A DNA stretch of 63,853 bases, filler included, from Octopus bimaculoides (lineage: Eukaryota), in NCBI RefSeq assembly GCF_001194135.2. It is 5 parts of 5 records of this genome, joined end to end, with 100 filler letters (N's around TTAATTAATTAA, not from the genome) between each part and the next. Parts side by side here need not be neighbours in the genome. Positions count along the whole stretch, not along the records: positions 25,370 to 41,481 come from NC_068981.1; positions 41,582 to 53,027 come from NC_068982.1; positions 53,128 to 62,518 come from NC_069009.1; 2 more parts are not named here. The stretch is one strand, 5' to 3'. How positions within the stretch are numbered: the stretch's first letter is position 1; each line of letters begins with the position of its first letter. Both the position numbers and the translations under genes were made by a program. The notes below the pieces were generated by a model. That model worked only from the letters and a program-made list of their open reading frames with translations, was not told the origin of the DNA and ran no database searches. Shown in pieces: positions 39,891-53,760 of this stretch.

Positions 39891-40515
39891 GTTGCCTCTG
39901 AAATTCTTTTATCCTCTTTCACATTTTTTTTTTACTTTTCTATACCACATATTCAGTAAATAACAGAAATACGTTAGTACAGTACGTGTTTTTTTAACAT
40001 CAATAAACGAACGAAGTTTACGCATGAACAGTTCCCAATACGTCATTTCCGTTCGACATGCGTGCTTGGTGAGGTAGTCATTCAAAGTAACAGAAAGAAG
40101 ACAAAAGAGACAATAGTACAAAAATTCTTTATCGCTATTTAGCTAAAACTTTGTCAATATACAGGCTTTTTAACCATGACGTAATATAGTATATTGGTTA
40201 AGGTAGAGTCTGTGTGTTATGTTATATATTAGAGATAAAATTACAGTAATGCAGATACTAGAAAGTAATGTAGGTGTTGAGGCATGAGTAAGGCGCTTGC
40301 TTCCTAGCTATATGGCTTGGGATTCCATTTTACTGCCTGGCACCTCAAAGAAGCGTCGTCTATTATAACAATGCGCTGAGGAATGCATGTAAATGAATGT
40401 AAATACACATGCAGATACACACGACCTTGTATATTTATGTACGTATATACATACATATGCACGTATATATTCATATGCACACACATATTTATATTCGTGT
40501 GTGTGTGTGAGTGCA

Positions 40516-40550
<35 letters not shown>

Positions 40551-41080
40551 CAGATGACTGGCTTATAAAACTATCCCGCACTTACAATAACAGCCATACC
40601 AACAATCCAACACACCTCCATCATCAGCTGCCCCACAGATATCACTATGGTTTCGACAACTGGGCAGAACCATTCAATCCAGCGGTGTCAACAGCACTAA
40701 AATAAGTGTTATTTAGGAACAAACATGCATTAGATATGACCACATTCATTGAATCTTAATTCTAAGAAGGATTAAACACTAACATTATTAACTAAACTAC
40801 AACAAAGAAACCACATTTACTTTATGTACAAAACAGTATCGGTAAATTAATAATTCTATAAGTAAACCTATAACTAACTNNNNNNNNNNTATATATATAT
40901 ATATATAACATAACGAGGGCGGCTATATGCAATATAAAACGAAAAAGGAAAACTTCAGTTGACATTAATATTAACTGGGAGTGCAGGGTAGCATCTACTT
41001 TGCTAAAAACAAGAGCCAAAGGTTCTTAAAGCACATTCTATATACTGACACAAGATATAACCGCCCCGCAGCGAGCGGGC

Positions 41081-41132
41081 TCACTATACTAGCAAGCTAG
41101 TTTCGCTTGAAATTAAAGCTCATCAGTAGTGA
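41081..41132 (-). ncRNA. Type I hammerhead ribozyme, intact catalytic core
   Basis: Minus strand reads TCACTA-CTGATGA-GCTT(TAATTTC)AAGC-GAA-ACTAG(CTTG)CTAGT-A-TAGTGA. Stem I has 6 WC bp, stem II 4 bp and stem III 5 bp. The CUGAUGA and GAAA core is exact, with a GUA cleavage triplet (cut between 41087 and 41086). Confidence 0.88.
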
Positions 41133-42158
41133 CTACTCCATCGCTTATGGTTAAACTAAATCCTAGCTGTTAGTATATTTAGTATTTACCATATGAATCA
41201 ATGGATGATTCAGCAAAATAATGTCAAAGGACACAACGCGCTGCCGGGTATCGAACTCAATAATAAGTTTCCATTATTTTGTTTTTGTTCTGGGCATGGT
41301 ATTCTTATACTTGTGTGCTGAGGTAGTTCGTCATTGGAGAATATTTCTTCTGTGTGTGAAGTTTGTATGCTATGTGTGTTCAGGGGTGGGGGCTATCCTG
41401 GTAGGATTACCGTTGCAGATAGTGGCTCTTGTTTCAAATATTTATAGAGTTTGTGTTCTATGTGTGTTCAGATTTCAGTTTNNNNNNNNNNNNNNNNNNN
41501 NNNNNNNNNNNNNNNNNNNNNNNNNTTAATTAATTAANNNNNNNNNNNNNNNNNNNNNNNNNNNNNNNNNNNNNNNNNNNNTATATATATATACATACAT
41601 ATATATTCGATATGATTTTTAAAATTTCATGTTTTATTATGGACTTCTGATAACGCATGTCAATTGATATACTAGCACCGGCCAGAGTAAACAGTTCATA
41701 ACCGGACTAAAGTTTATGCGCATGCAAAAACAAATTAATGCCGCCATTTAAATTTCTAGTTGGCAAACATTGCATGTTTGAATATACTTTTATTACTACT
41801 TATGTTTCATTGTCTCTTTCTCAGTTAATATTCTTCATTTAGCCATCATTTTTGTTAATATTCAGTATACGTCATGTTAACAACTGCATTGCAATATTTC
41901 ATCTTATCTTTCCACCGAGGTCGACTTTGCCTTCCACTCTTTCGGGGTCGATAGAATAAGTACAATTTAAGTACTAGGCTCGATGTAAACGACTTACCCC
42001 CTTTCCCAAATTTGCTGGTCTCGTGTCAAAAGTTGAAACTAATAATTCGTCTTAAAGCTGTCTGCTTGAAAATTTATATTAAACTGTTTCATGCTTTGCG
42101 TCATTTACTGAGAATTAATACATCACTGCTTGGAGCACCTATACATATGTGCCTCCTC

Positions 42159-42780
42159 GATTTTGTTTCCTCATAATTTCCAGAAAAAGGGATATTTTGT
42201 AATGAAATTTTCGACAAATACGCTTCAGGTGGTGGTGTAGATACCGATTACATCGGAATTTGTCGCGAGAATGCATGTTGCATTTGGTGGGAGAGGATTT
42301 TCGGAAAATTCGGACGAGTCGAATTTGTCTCAGAATATTGGATGTTTTTTGATGAAATTTTCAGGGTGTGTAGATTCCCACTATATCGGAATTTAATATG
42401 AATTAAGAAAATTAGTATGCTCGCACACATACATACGGACACACATCACATTTATCTACAAAAGCATATTTGAAATTTCGAAAAAAATTGTGTGTGTCAG
42501 TATGTAATGTGTGCTCGCTCAACATTTTTGTTTTCTCCTCAGATTCCGATATAATCGTAACTTACACACTATGAAAGGTACTTGTAGAAAATTTGATTAA
42601 AAATATCCACATTTTCGAAAGTTATGAGGAAACAAATCCAACCCGTGTAAAATTACCGAAAATCCTCTCCATCAAGTTCCCCCGCCTCGTGCCCCAAGAA
42701 TTTTTTGGTTCTCACTAGTTCGATATAACCGGAATCTAAATTTGAAGCATATTTGCAGAAAATTTCTGCATAAATAAAAG
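42159..42780. repeat. Fold-back or MITE-like element made of four copies of a 60-100 bp motif (two minus, two plus)
   Basis: The motif cgatata..g(g)aatctaca..tgaa..atttg.agaaaattt.at.aaaa.atcc occurs at 42159-42260 (-), about 42322-42394 (-), 42541-42639 (+) and 42719-42775 (+). Confidence 0.6.
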
Positions 42781-43978
42781 TACTTTTGATCTATCGCCAT
42801 ACAGAATCATTTTCAAATTATCTCCCCTGTAACAACGACATAGCAACTATAAGGTGTAGTTAGAAATTAGTATAAAAGCAACATCATTTAAATGGCAGTA
42901 GTAAGAATACGTGTGTGTGCGGTGGGGTCTGGATTAAATCACTTTCAATGTAGGTGTAACCACCAACATAACCTAAATGGGAACCATTTCCTGCTTTTGA
43001 AAACAACACAACCAACAAAAAATAACCTGATATGTACATACAGAGAGCTCCCACACAAACACTCAAACTTGTAAATGAAAATGCCCCTCACTGAGCCCTC
43101 CTATAGAATCATGCCTCATCATAGTGGTGATATTTAAAACAACTATAATTTTACTGAAATATTATCTGAAATCATAAAAGACTCACACCAAACACATCCT
43201 AGTACGGAGACTACCGCCAGTTTAATCGCGAGTAAGATGAACTCCACTTGTTTATCCCAAAAGTTCAGAAAATAGAAAACCACATATCTTAATGTACTTA
43301 AGTCACCAGTAATGTCGTGCAGAGTATGCATGGCTAAGGCATTTATTTTCCTAAAAGAGCCAGTGGTAGAACTGAATAGAAGATGCGAGATATAACCAAT
43401 TTACCGTCACCGGAAACATTTTCTTCCGAAAAATTTCCATCCTTCACCAGGTTTACATGAATAAGATATACCACAATGGCTGCAGGCGTGCGAAATTCCA
43501 GTGTAAGTTCTTTGTATAACAACCTTGCAGTTAAAGCCTGCTGTAGTAACGGTGATATTATCTAACTAGTTCTCGTCGGACTTAAGCTGTACCCCGTATA
43601 TCTCTTTCTCCCGTTAATTCGTAGATGCATATTCGAGCCCTACAAAACAAAGCAGTGTGTAATAGCGGAGTACACTATCAGATTATTCGTAGGAAATAAA
43701 AATTCTATAACTTGTATCAATATATTTCATACCACACAAACACGTCTATGTATATGTGTGTATCTACAATCATATTTAAATTGTTTCACTCTATGAGTAT
43801 GTGTATGCGCATATCCAATTTCGTGAAATTATCCATTTATCTCATTCGTCCGTTATTGTTCGTTAACAAAGATAGATACACACGCACACACACATACACA
43901 TATACATGCATGCAAATACACACACACACACACATATACACGTATACAAACACACGCACATATGTGTATACATATATA

Positions 43979-44029
<51 letters not shown>

Positions 44030-44764
44030 GTGTATACAGAGAGAGGAAGCGTTTCGACCCTCAAGATTGAAATAGAAAGAATGGAACCATTAAATAATTG
44101 GGAACCACCATACTTAAAGATGGATGAAATAGATCCTTTGTTGAGAACGAATTTGTTGTTCATAGCGGAAAAGGTATTTATTTATTCGATGCATTAATTC
44201 AATTCGAATTGTTTTCGATTATGGCCTGTTATGCCTCTTATCATGATTATCTGACTACTTTAAAAAATCCGCATCAGTAGGGATTTCTTTTGATGTGGAA
44301 CATCAAAGTAGAATAGGTATATAATAATACATATGTGTCACGACATTATCATTCTTTATGTGATACAATTACTTTAAGAAAGAACTATCTTCTGTATTGA
44401 TTCGTTAGATTTTTCTGGATATATCCTAAGAATATGGCCTTTAGATGTAAGAAACCTTATAAATTTAGTCGGCAATACAAATAATAGAATAATTTGGAAG
44501 AACATAGCAATCTGAATATTTGTATGCTACAGCAAACATTTGAAGTAATGGCAGTGGAGTACAACAAACATTTACTATGTATTTCGTTGTAACAATGTTA
44601 AATGTCAACTTAACTGGATATCTAAAAACGGCACCTTATTTAGTTTCTTTTATTATGATATAGAGAAATATGTTTTAAATATTCGCAAATTCACAATAGG
44701 TGTGTGTGTCTCTGTGTGTGTGCGTGCATGCGTGCGTATATCTGTATGTGTGCGTGTGTGTGTT

Positions 44765-44797
<33 letters not shown>

Positions 44798-45568
44798 ATT
44801 AATGCGGAATACATTCCAGTTACTGCAGCTGGAAGAAGAACGAAACGAAAAATATTACCAAGACTATGAAACTAGATTTTAGCTTACCTCTTATATATTT
44901 CACTCATTTCAGTCGTTGTACTGCGGCCATGTTGGATCACCGCGTTAATGGGTCTTGCCGAACAAATAAAATTCAGTACTTATTTTTTTAAAGTCCGGTA
45001 TTTATTCTATCGTTCTCTTGTGCCGAAGCACTAAGTTATATGGGTGAAAAGAAGCTATCATCTGTTGTCAAGCAGGGTGGAGAAACACAAACGCAAAGAC
45101 ATACATACATATACAAATATACACGCACAAACACGCACGCGCATACTTATATATATATATATATATATATNNNNNNNNNNNNNNNNNNNNNNNNNNNNNN
45201 NNNNNNNNNNNNNNNNNNNNNNNNNNNNNNNNNNNNNNNNNNNNNNNNNNNNNNNNNNNNNNNNNNNNNNNNNNNNNNNNNNNNNNNNNNNNNNNNNNNN
45301 NNNNNNNNNNNNNNNNNNNNNNNNNNNNNNNNNNNNNNNNNNNNNNNNNNNNNNNNNNNNNNNNNNNNNNNNNNNNNNNNNNNNNNNNNNNNNNNNNNNN
45401 NNNNNNNNNNNNNNNNNNNNNNNNNNNNNNNNNNNNNNNNNNNNNNNNNNNNNNNNNNNNNNNNNNNNNNNNNNNNNNNNNNNNNNNNNNNNNNNNNNNN
45501 NNNNNNNNNNNNNNNNNNNNNNNNNNNNNNNNNNNNNNNNNNNNNNNNNNNNNNNNNNNNNNNNNNNN

Positions 45569-45620
<52 letters not shown>

Positions 45621-46297
45621 GTAAGATCCATATGCAACGAGCTCCCACACAGTTTGCGTCTACCAAATTAACTCATAAGTCGTTGGTTGTCCATGGTTGT
45701 CCATGGAAAACAATAAGCGAGGGGAGAGAACAGCTTCGTAATCGCTCAAGCATCTTGCTAGAAATAACAACCGGATCTAAAGTTTTCAATAAAAAGGAAG
45801 TTACGTTGGATACAGTAGTCTCTAATATACAAAAACACGCAATTATCATAGTTACAACGTCTTTTATCAAAAATTTAGTCGATCGTAGCAAAAACGGTTG
45901 CAACAGAGGAGCAAATATGACTTAATCTGTGCTATAATCCATCTGAAGAAGTATTAACTAAGTAATGCAATGCACTAATTTAAAGATAATTTGATAATAA
46001 ACTTGAAATATTTATATGCTGACACAATATGTATATACATATTCACATGCATGTATTTCAAAACTTCTTGGGTTCCTTAAGAAGTGACTGAATTTAAAGT
46101 AACACGGTGGCACTTTAAGAAAATATACGGTGGTTTCTAATTTGTGATTGACAAACAAGATTCTAACTTTACACCGAAAGACGCATATGTTGGATATTTA
46201 CATGTAACTCTATACAGCAATATGACTTAAAATTTGTCCCGTTTCTCCATCACCTACACAGATATGTAAATATGCGTGAACACACGCTTACACACAT

Positions 46298-46369
<72 letters not shown>

Positions 46370-46493
46370 NNNNNNNNNNNNNNNNNNNNNNNNNNNNNNN
46401 NNNNNNNNNNNNNNNNNNNNNNNNNNNNNNNNNNNNNNNNNNNNNNNNNNNNNNNNNNNNNNNNNNNNNNNNNATATATATGCACACATATGT

Positions 46494-46529
<36 letters not shown>

Positions 46530-48189
46530 GCATATATATATATACACACATGTTGAAACACACATACATATATATGTGTGTATATATGTATATATGTGTG
46601 TGTGTGTATGTATGTATGTATGTATGTATGTATGTATGCATGTATGCATGTATGCATGTATCTGTGTATGTATGTAATAACAGATTCAACATGAATGTGT
46701 TATTCACTGTTGGATACCAGAAGAGAGCGCTTTTGGTAATGATTGGATAAAGAACATATTGAGAATATTTCAAAGATACGTGAGAAAGTTTTGAAGTTTC
46801 CAGTGATGTCACCTTCTAAAGAAAATATTATTCTTACGTGAATGTCTGACATTACGTGTGAACTGAATGAGCATCAAGCGACGTTAATACATAATTATAC
46901 AATATTGTTGTAGTGCTTTTAAAAGTGTTATAATAATACTGACCATAATTATTATGACTTTATCATAATAAACATTGGTTCAGTATCTAGACAAATAACA
47001 TAATTTGATGGCAATAAATCCATTGTTTAAACCTAATGGACATTTATTATTTGAATACCATGAACATTATAAATAGAATCCCAAATGAGATGTCCATTAA
47101 TGTATGGCTGTTTATTTTGTTGATGTCAAATACCCCTTTTGGAATGGATGTACGCTATATGCATGATTGGGATGTCAGCAATATGTTTCACGTACAAGTA
47201 CTTTAAACGTTTGTCATCGGGAACGTGTTACCAACACATATGTACTCAGTGAAGCAGAAAAATTAAAGCAGTTGGTCACAGCTGGCGGTGAACTGAAGTT
47301 GGTATGCCTTTCGATGACATGGGCATAGACTTAATGGGGGGTGCAGTGTCGTCAATATATTGTTTTCACGCCATTATATATATTACATATTGATTTCTTC
47401 CATATGCACAAGTCTTCATATTTATTGGGCGGAAAAATTAAGAATATGTGTCAGTCATGTTTTCTACGGAGGCATTAACTATGTAAGTTAAGTGGAAACA
47501 GCTACAAATGCAAATGGGATTCTGACCAGATTCACAAAGAGCTTCTTTTATATGTTTATGTTATGTATTTTGCAAGAATTAAAATGACTCTAACAGATTT
47601 TATATTTCTACATTGTCGAACACCGTTTTTTGCATAAAGCTTCAAATAACTCCCAAGGGTTTCTTAGCAGTCAATAAGTTACTTCGACCTGACTTTTTAT
47701 AGTGGTGTTAAGCAGATGAAAGACAAACCTGCTACTGAATAGAAAATAAGTCTATGGTAAATAAACATTCCTGGAAAAATCTGGTTCCCAATAATCACAG
47801 TATGTGAAAGGTCACACAGATATGTGCAGTTATGGAAGTGTAGTTAAGAAGATTCTATTTACAACCACGGGATTTCAGGATAGATTTTAAAGTACGATAA
47901 TTTCAGCCATTTAAAAACACATAGAACATCTAAATTCACTTCTAATTTAATTTCCTGAGGTGTCACAATTTTTGTTGTATAACTGTGAACAGATTGTCAG
48001 TGTTTTATTTCAAGTTTGTTAATAATCAGCTCTTATAGGCCTCAACTGTTTTCTATCGTGTTACACTTACGGTCACGCGAGTGTATTGTATTCATGTTGA
48101 TTGATTTTGGCCTTTTGACATTGGTCATCGATTGGGCGTCATTAGCCATTTTCAAGCTTCATTTTTTGTTTGCTTATAGCATTGTGTGT

Positions 48190-48244
<55 letters not shown>

Positions 48245-49319
48245 NNNNNNNNNNNNNNNNNNNNNNNNNNNNNNNNNTATATATATCATCATCATCATCA
48301 TCATCATCATCATTCCATCTATTTCTTAATACGTCCTTCTTAAATTCAGGTTGACCCCATTTATGATGACTAAACATAACCTATTTTAGAATACTTCCCT
48401 GATGTGACATAGATTTATAGAAATTAGACTCCTGCCATGTAGATTAAATTTTATTTTAAACAGGTTGTTACAAAGAAAATAGGATCGGGCATGATTTAAT
48501 CTATAAATAATATCGATAAATTTATTTGTTTCTCTCTGTAAAACTGAGGCCTATAAGAGCTGGTCATGAACGTGTTATTGATTAGTTAGGAGTTGAGTGA
48601 CAAAAGTTTTTACACATCCCGAAATTAAATGAACGTAATAGTTTGAAGTCTGGAAGGTACGAGTTTTGTCGGTAAGAGATTTTCTACGGTATAACAATAA
48701 TGTTTTTAATATAAGTTCGAGACCTCAAATTTATTAGTGGAGTAGTCGAATAAATCGGCCAGTTATTTATTTGGTTCTTTGATTTATCGACCCTGGTAAA
48801 ATAAAAGTTAACATCAACCTCGCTGAGATTTGGATTCAGAAAGTAAAGAGACAGGGTAGGGTGAGACATAAGAAATCAATGCCCCAATCTTGATTCTGTG
48901 TAAATATGAAACAGTGCTGCTAGCACACCCAGATACTGGCACAAATTTGTAGCGTATTCATAGACGCTTATGTGCTATATCTTAAGTGACCCATTTAGCC
49001 CCATCCCATGAACTTAAAAATGTCCCATTATGCTCCATTTATGAATTTCCTCGAATTTCAGAATTTCCAAAGATGTTTCCTTCATTCAACATAACATAGG
49101 AAAAGAAAATGTTCTGAACACACCTCTAGTTCAAAAATCCAAATCTGTTGAACTTCTTGCACCACCACAAAGTTTTGTTTGACGATCAAAAATTGATTGG
49201 TCTCGTGATTGAAGTCTGTTATCCAGAATGAGGAACTTGATAAGGAGTCTACAAGAACACTTCTTTATAAGCAGGAGGGATAAAGCAACTTATAATAGCG
49301 GCTGCAACATACTTCCTTG

Positions 49320-49715
49320 TTTGGAAAGACAGTAAATCAATTACATCGATCCCAGTGTTTCATTGGTACTTAATTTTTCGACCCTGAAAGGATGAAAGGC
49401 AAGTCGACCTCGGCGAAATTTGAACTCAAAACGTAACGACGAACGAAATGTTGCAAAGCATTTTGCACAGCGTGCTAACGATTCTGCCAGCTCAACACCT
49501 TAACAACAACAACAACAATAACAACAACAATGATAATAATAACAACCCTTTCTACTATAGGCACAAAGCCTTAAATTTTACATCGACCCTAGTGTTTCAC
49601 TGGCACTTAATTTATCAGCCCCGAAAGGATGAAAGACAAAGTCGACCTCGGCGGAATTTGAACACAGAATGTTAAGACATGAAATACCGCTAAGCATCTT
49701 GCCCAGTGTGCTCAT
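49320..49715 (-). mobile_element. Two tandem family-A SINEs
   Basis: Family-A body at about 49320-49502 and 49545-49715, joined by an (AAC/AAT)n tract. Confidence 0.8.
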
Positions 49716-49719
49716 ATAT

Positions 49720-50350
49720 TGTGATTGAGTGTAGCAAGCTAGCCCAAAAGCACTACAAAAGGAGGCACAATAACGTGGCTAAGTTCGTCCACTGGAAGCT
49801 ATGTGAAAAGTACGGTCTGAACAGAGCAAGAAAATGGTACGAATAGGAACCAGGAGTCACCGAGAACAAGGAACATAAGATACTGTAGGATTTTACAATC
49901 CAGCGTGACTCCCTAATCGAGGCTCGGAGACCAGATATTGTTGTAGTAGAAAACGGGGAAAAGGAAACCAAGATCATAGATATTGTAATACCTGGAAATT
50001 CACGCATAAGTGACAAAGAACTAGAAAAGATTGAAAAGTGCAGACTGCTAAAAGATGAAATTGCAAGAATGTGGACTATGTTGGGGCACTCGGAGCACTA
50101 ACAACCAAGTTCGAGAAATATGACAAAGAAATCGGAATTGGCATGAGAACGGAGCGAGCCCCAAAACTGCTATGCTGGGGACAGTTATGATTTTGAGATT
50201 GGTACTTGGATGTTGAATGTCTTCTACGATAATTAACAGCCAAGTATCAAAGCTTATGTGCGAAAAGAGACTCTTGTGAGACCTCTGACAACAGGCTGCT
50301 GTCCGCTCTCACAGAATCTACCAGAACCAACAAGCCCAAACGTTCTGAGA
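49720..50350 (+). mobile_element. R4/Dong-like element 3' fragment with zinc-knuckle remnant and restriction-like endonuclease
   Basis: VSECSKLAQKHYKRRHNNVAKFVHWKLCEKY..KIL*DFTIQRDSLIEARRPDIVVVE..IIDIVIPGNSRISDKELEKIEK; RHN and PD..D..K motifs are present. Confidence 0.88.
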
Positions 50351-50533
50351 AGTAAAACAATAATAATATTGACGTGACCGGGTTTTTAACTCAGAATAAA
50401 CAGAGCCGGAATACATATTGCGAGCATTTTGTCTAACACGTTAATTATTCAATCACTCTATCGTATTTCTATAATAACTCTTCTGATAATAACATCAATA
50501 GAACAATACAACACTAACAACAACGGTAATATT

Positions 50534-50824
50534 AATAATCCTTTCCCCTATTGGAGCAAGGCCTGAAATTTTGGAGGTTAGAGGTTAGTAGGTTACATCG
50601 ACCCTTTTGCTTAACTGGTACTTATTTTAGAGACCCCGAAAGGATGAAAGGCAAAGTCCACCTCGGCGAAATTCGAACACACAGCGTAAAGACGGATGAA
50701 TATCGCTAAGCATTTTGTCCAGCGTGCTTACGATTCTGATAGCTCGTTCCCTTAAGAACAAAACAACAACAACAGCTACAACAATAACAACAACAGCTAC
50801 AACAACAACAATAAAAATTATTAA

Positions 50825-50884
<60 letters not shown>

Positions 50885-51075
50885 CATCATCATCATCATC
50901 ATCATCATTATTTTTATTATATTTTCATCCGTCTTTACGTTCTGAGTTCAAATTCCGCCGAGGTCGACTTTGCCTTTTCGGGGTCGATATATTAAATACC
51001 AGTTGCGTACTGGGGTCGATCTAATCGACTGCCTCCCTCCCCAAAATTTCGGGCCTTGTGCCTAGAGTGGAAAAG

Positions 51076-51078
<3 letters not shown>
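50534..51078. mobile_element. Inverted pair of family-A SINEs (50534-50755 minus, about 50925-51078 plus) around a microsatellite
   Basis: Same family-A body in opposite orientations; the plus copy ends in an (ATT)n tail. Confidence 0.82.
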
Positions 51079-51151
<73 letters not shown>

Positions 51152-51789
51152 CCATGCCTTATAATATTTTAAAGTAATTCTTAAAAACTAAGACTAACAG
51201 CATGGAGTTCAAGTTATGTAAATAATTAGTGAACCGGTCTATTGTCTTTATTTGTGTAGGATTTAAACCAATATCTCTAATCTGGTTGCTAACTACAGTG
51301 TATAACTTGTAAATCTATAAAGTACTATAATCGTACTGGGATATGAAACTGTCGCAATGAAAGCTGGTGTTAATCTCGGCAAAGTAATTGAAATGGTTCA
51401 CTATATTCAACGGTTTCTTAAATTGTATTTGAAGTGAAGACTTAATACTGTAAACGAAATACTATCAAAGCCGATGGATATTCATTATCATACAGCTTGC
51501 TGTCAGGAGATGTTTATTTGGATATAAGTAGATTAGTAGAGATGTTCAACTTGCATAAATACATCGATTGATCAAACCTAGCTTTGCTCGAATATCTAAT
51601 CTAAGCTTAGCACTTACTGTGAGATGTTCACATATCGCTTATATAATATTCGGTGCAGCATTTTGCTTTAACTATGCAGTAACATGACAACCTTCATATC
51701 TTTTCTTGTTACTCTTAAATTTAATTCACTATGGTAAGCATTTACACGAGCTATATTATTATCTATATTGTTGTTGTTATTATTATTGA

Positions 51790-51975
51790 GGCGGGCACGT
51801 CGGGAAAAATGATTAGCGGGATTTCGTCAGTCTTTACGTTCTGGGTTCAAATGCCGCTAGGGTCGACTTTGCCTTTCATAGTTTTGGATTCTATAAAATA
51901 AGTACCAGCTGTACAATGAGGTCGACTTAATCGACTTACCACCACACCCGAAAGTGCTGACCTTGTGCCGAAATT
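51790..51975 (+). mobile_element. Family-A SINE
   Basis: ..ttagcgggatttcgtcagtctttacgttctgggttcaaatgccgctagggtcgactttgcctttcat..aagtaccag. Confidence 0.8.
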
Positions 51976-52134
51976 TTTTTCTTTCCTTCTTTCTTCAAAT
52001 TTTCTTCCATTTCTCGCCGAGTGTTTTCCGTACACCTAGGGCAGAGAAACTCGTTGTATGCAATACCAGTTTACACACGCAAATTCACAGGTAAAACATG
52101 TATTTAAAAAAAAAAAAAAAATCCTGAATGGATG

Positions 52135-53027
52135 TTGTTTTCACAGCGATAATGCTCTTCTCAGTACATGAGTCGTTCCAGTTAGCACGATTTTTTGCAC
52201 TTCCTGTAGGGATGGTAAGCCTGGTATCATTTTCAAATAGGTTTCAGTACCTTTTTTTNNNNNNNNNNNNNNNNNNNNNNNNNNNNNNNNNNNNNNNNNN
52301 NNNNNNNNNNNNNNNNNNNNNNNNNNNNNNNNNNNNNNNNNNNNNNNNNNNNNNNNNNNNNNNGCTCCATTTTTTATCACATTGGCTTGGTAGTTCCGGG
52401 TTAATAAGCTTTGGTCTTGAGCAGCCAATATGAAACCTTCACTCTCTGCGTTTAGCCATGAACTTCGTAACCACTGATGCGTGCGTTCCTGGTCGACATC
52501 AGCTTGTTTGCTACGAGCCACATACTTGCCATGCAGAGGTTTCTGTTCCCATCTGCTAGCTAATTTTTCATGTGCTTTTGTCTTTGCAATTAATTTTATT
52601 TTCTTTGCAGCAGCAGTTGGCGCATTTCCTTCAACCTGATCAAGTTGGTGGGTATCTAAGTGTTGGGTAGCGAATGTTTTGCTCTCTTTCAGAATAGAGT
52701 GGATTTTTTTCGGTCTTTCATGTTTTTCAACAAGTTTCAGCATCCAATCGTTGGTTGTTTCAAGGTATTTGGCCAGTCCGATTGTGGTGGTTTTGTACGT
52801 AAGTTCAAGCTGGATCAAACCTCGACCTCCCTGAGCTCTGGGAAGGTAAAGACGATCCACGTCTGCCTTTGGGTGGTGCATCTTATTACAAGTCAGTAGC
52901 TTGCGGATTTTCCTATCAATTTTGACTATTTCACTGGTATTCCAGTTAAGCACATTGAAGCTATAAAGAACAACTGGGACTGCTAAGGAATTTATGGCTA
53001 ACACCTTATTATATGCATTCAGCTCAG
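52135..53027 (-). mobile_element. R4/Dong-like element, long post-RT ORF fragment (scaffolded across gaps)
   Basis: AINSLAVPVVLYSF..HHPKADVDRLYLPRAQGGRGL..WEQKPLHGKY..ESEGFILAAQDQSLLTRNY..QKIVLTGTTHVLRRALSL. The region upstream of the gap has no stops, suggesting a relatively young copy. Confidence 0.9.
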
Positions 53028-53229
53028 NNNNNNNNNNNNNNNNNNNNNNNNNNNNNNNNNNNNNNNNNNNNTTAATTAATTAANNNNNNNNNNNNNNNNN
53101 NNNNNNNNNNNNNNNNNNNNNNNNNNNATTTACTTTACATGAAAACACATTCATCGTTTGAACGTAACCTATGGTGGCGTTGCTGTTTCCAAAGTTTATT
53201 TTCGTTTCTCTATTAGTAATTTTACTCAC

Positions 53230-53760
53230 GTATCTATCTTAAAACGAGCTGCTTGGCGGAGGTCTGCGGAGGATGATATGACAAGCCTTGACTATTGGGA
53301 TTGACTCAAAAAGCTCAGGTTTTGCTTCCTCCACTGCGACTGTTAGCTCTATATCTTCTGAATGATGTAGAAAATATTCCATCAACATTGCCCATCTTTA
53401 AAATTCGTCCAAGGCTTGGCCCATGTGCCTTCCGTCCACTACAGAAATGTTTGTGTTGTATCACAACACTATGACAGAACTATTTCACCTCAATTGGCCC
53501 TGCTCTCTTCAACATCACGCCAGACATACATAAAGGCGGAAAGTGACTTCATGGCATTCAAACAATCTCTAAATGATTACCCCCATCAAATACCAGATAA
53601 ACCACTCACACCCAGATATGTCTCTGAAAACAATAACCCTCTGTTTGAATAGGCTACGGTTCCCCAGAGCTGACTGTGTATCTCTTCCAGGTGGTGCTAT
53701 TTAATTAGACATGGCCTGAGTCAACTTCGGCCGAAACTTATCTAAGTAATCTAATCTATG
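53230..53760 (+). mobile_element. CR1/L2-like LINE 3' fragment
   Basis: DYWD*LKKLR.. followed by SIGPALFNI..FKQSLNDYPHQIPDKPLTPRYVSENNNPLFE, resembling the C-terminus of CR1-type ORF2. Confidence 0.65.

Noticed and set aside
40615-40660. GAAA .. CTGATGA on minus as a type II hammerhead
   Set aside because: There is no stem II complementarity and no UH triplet at the required position.
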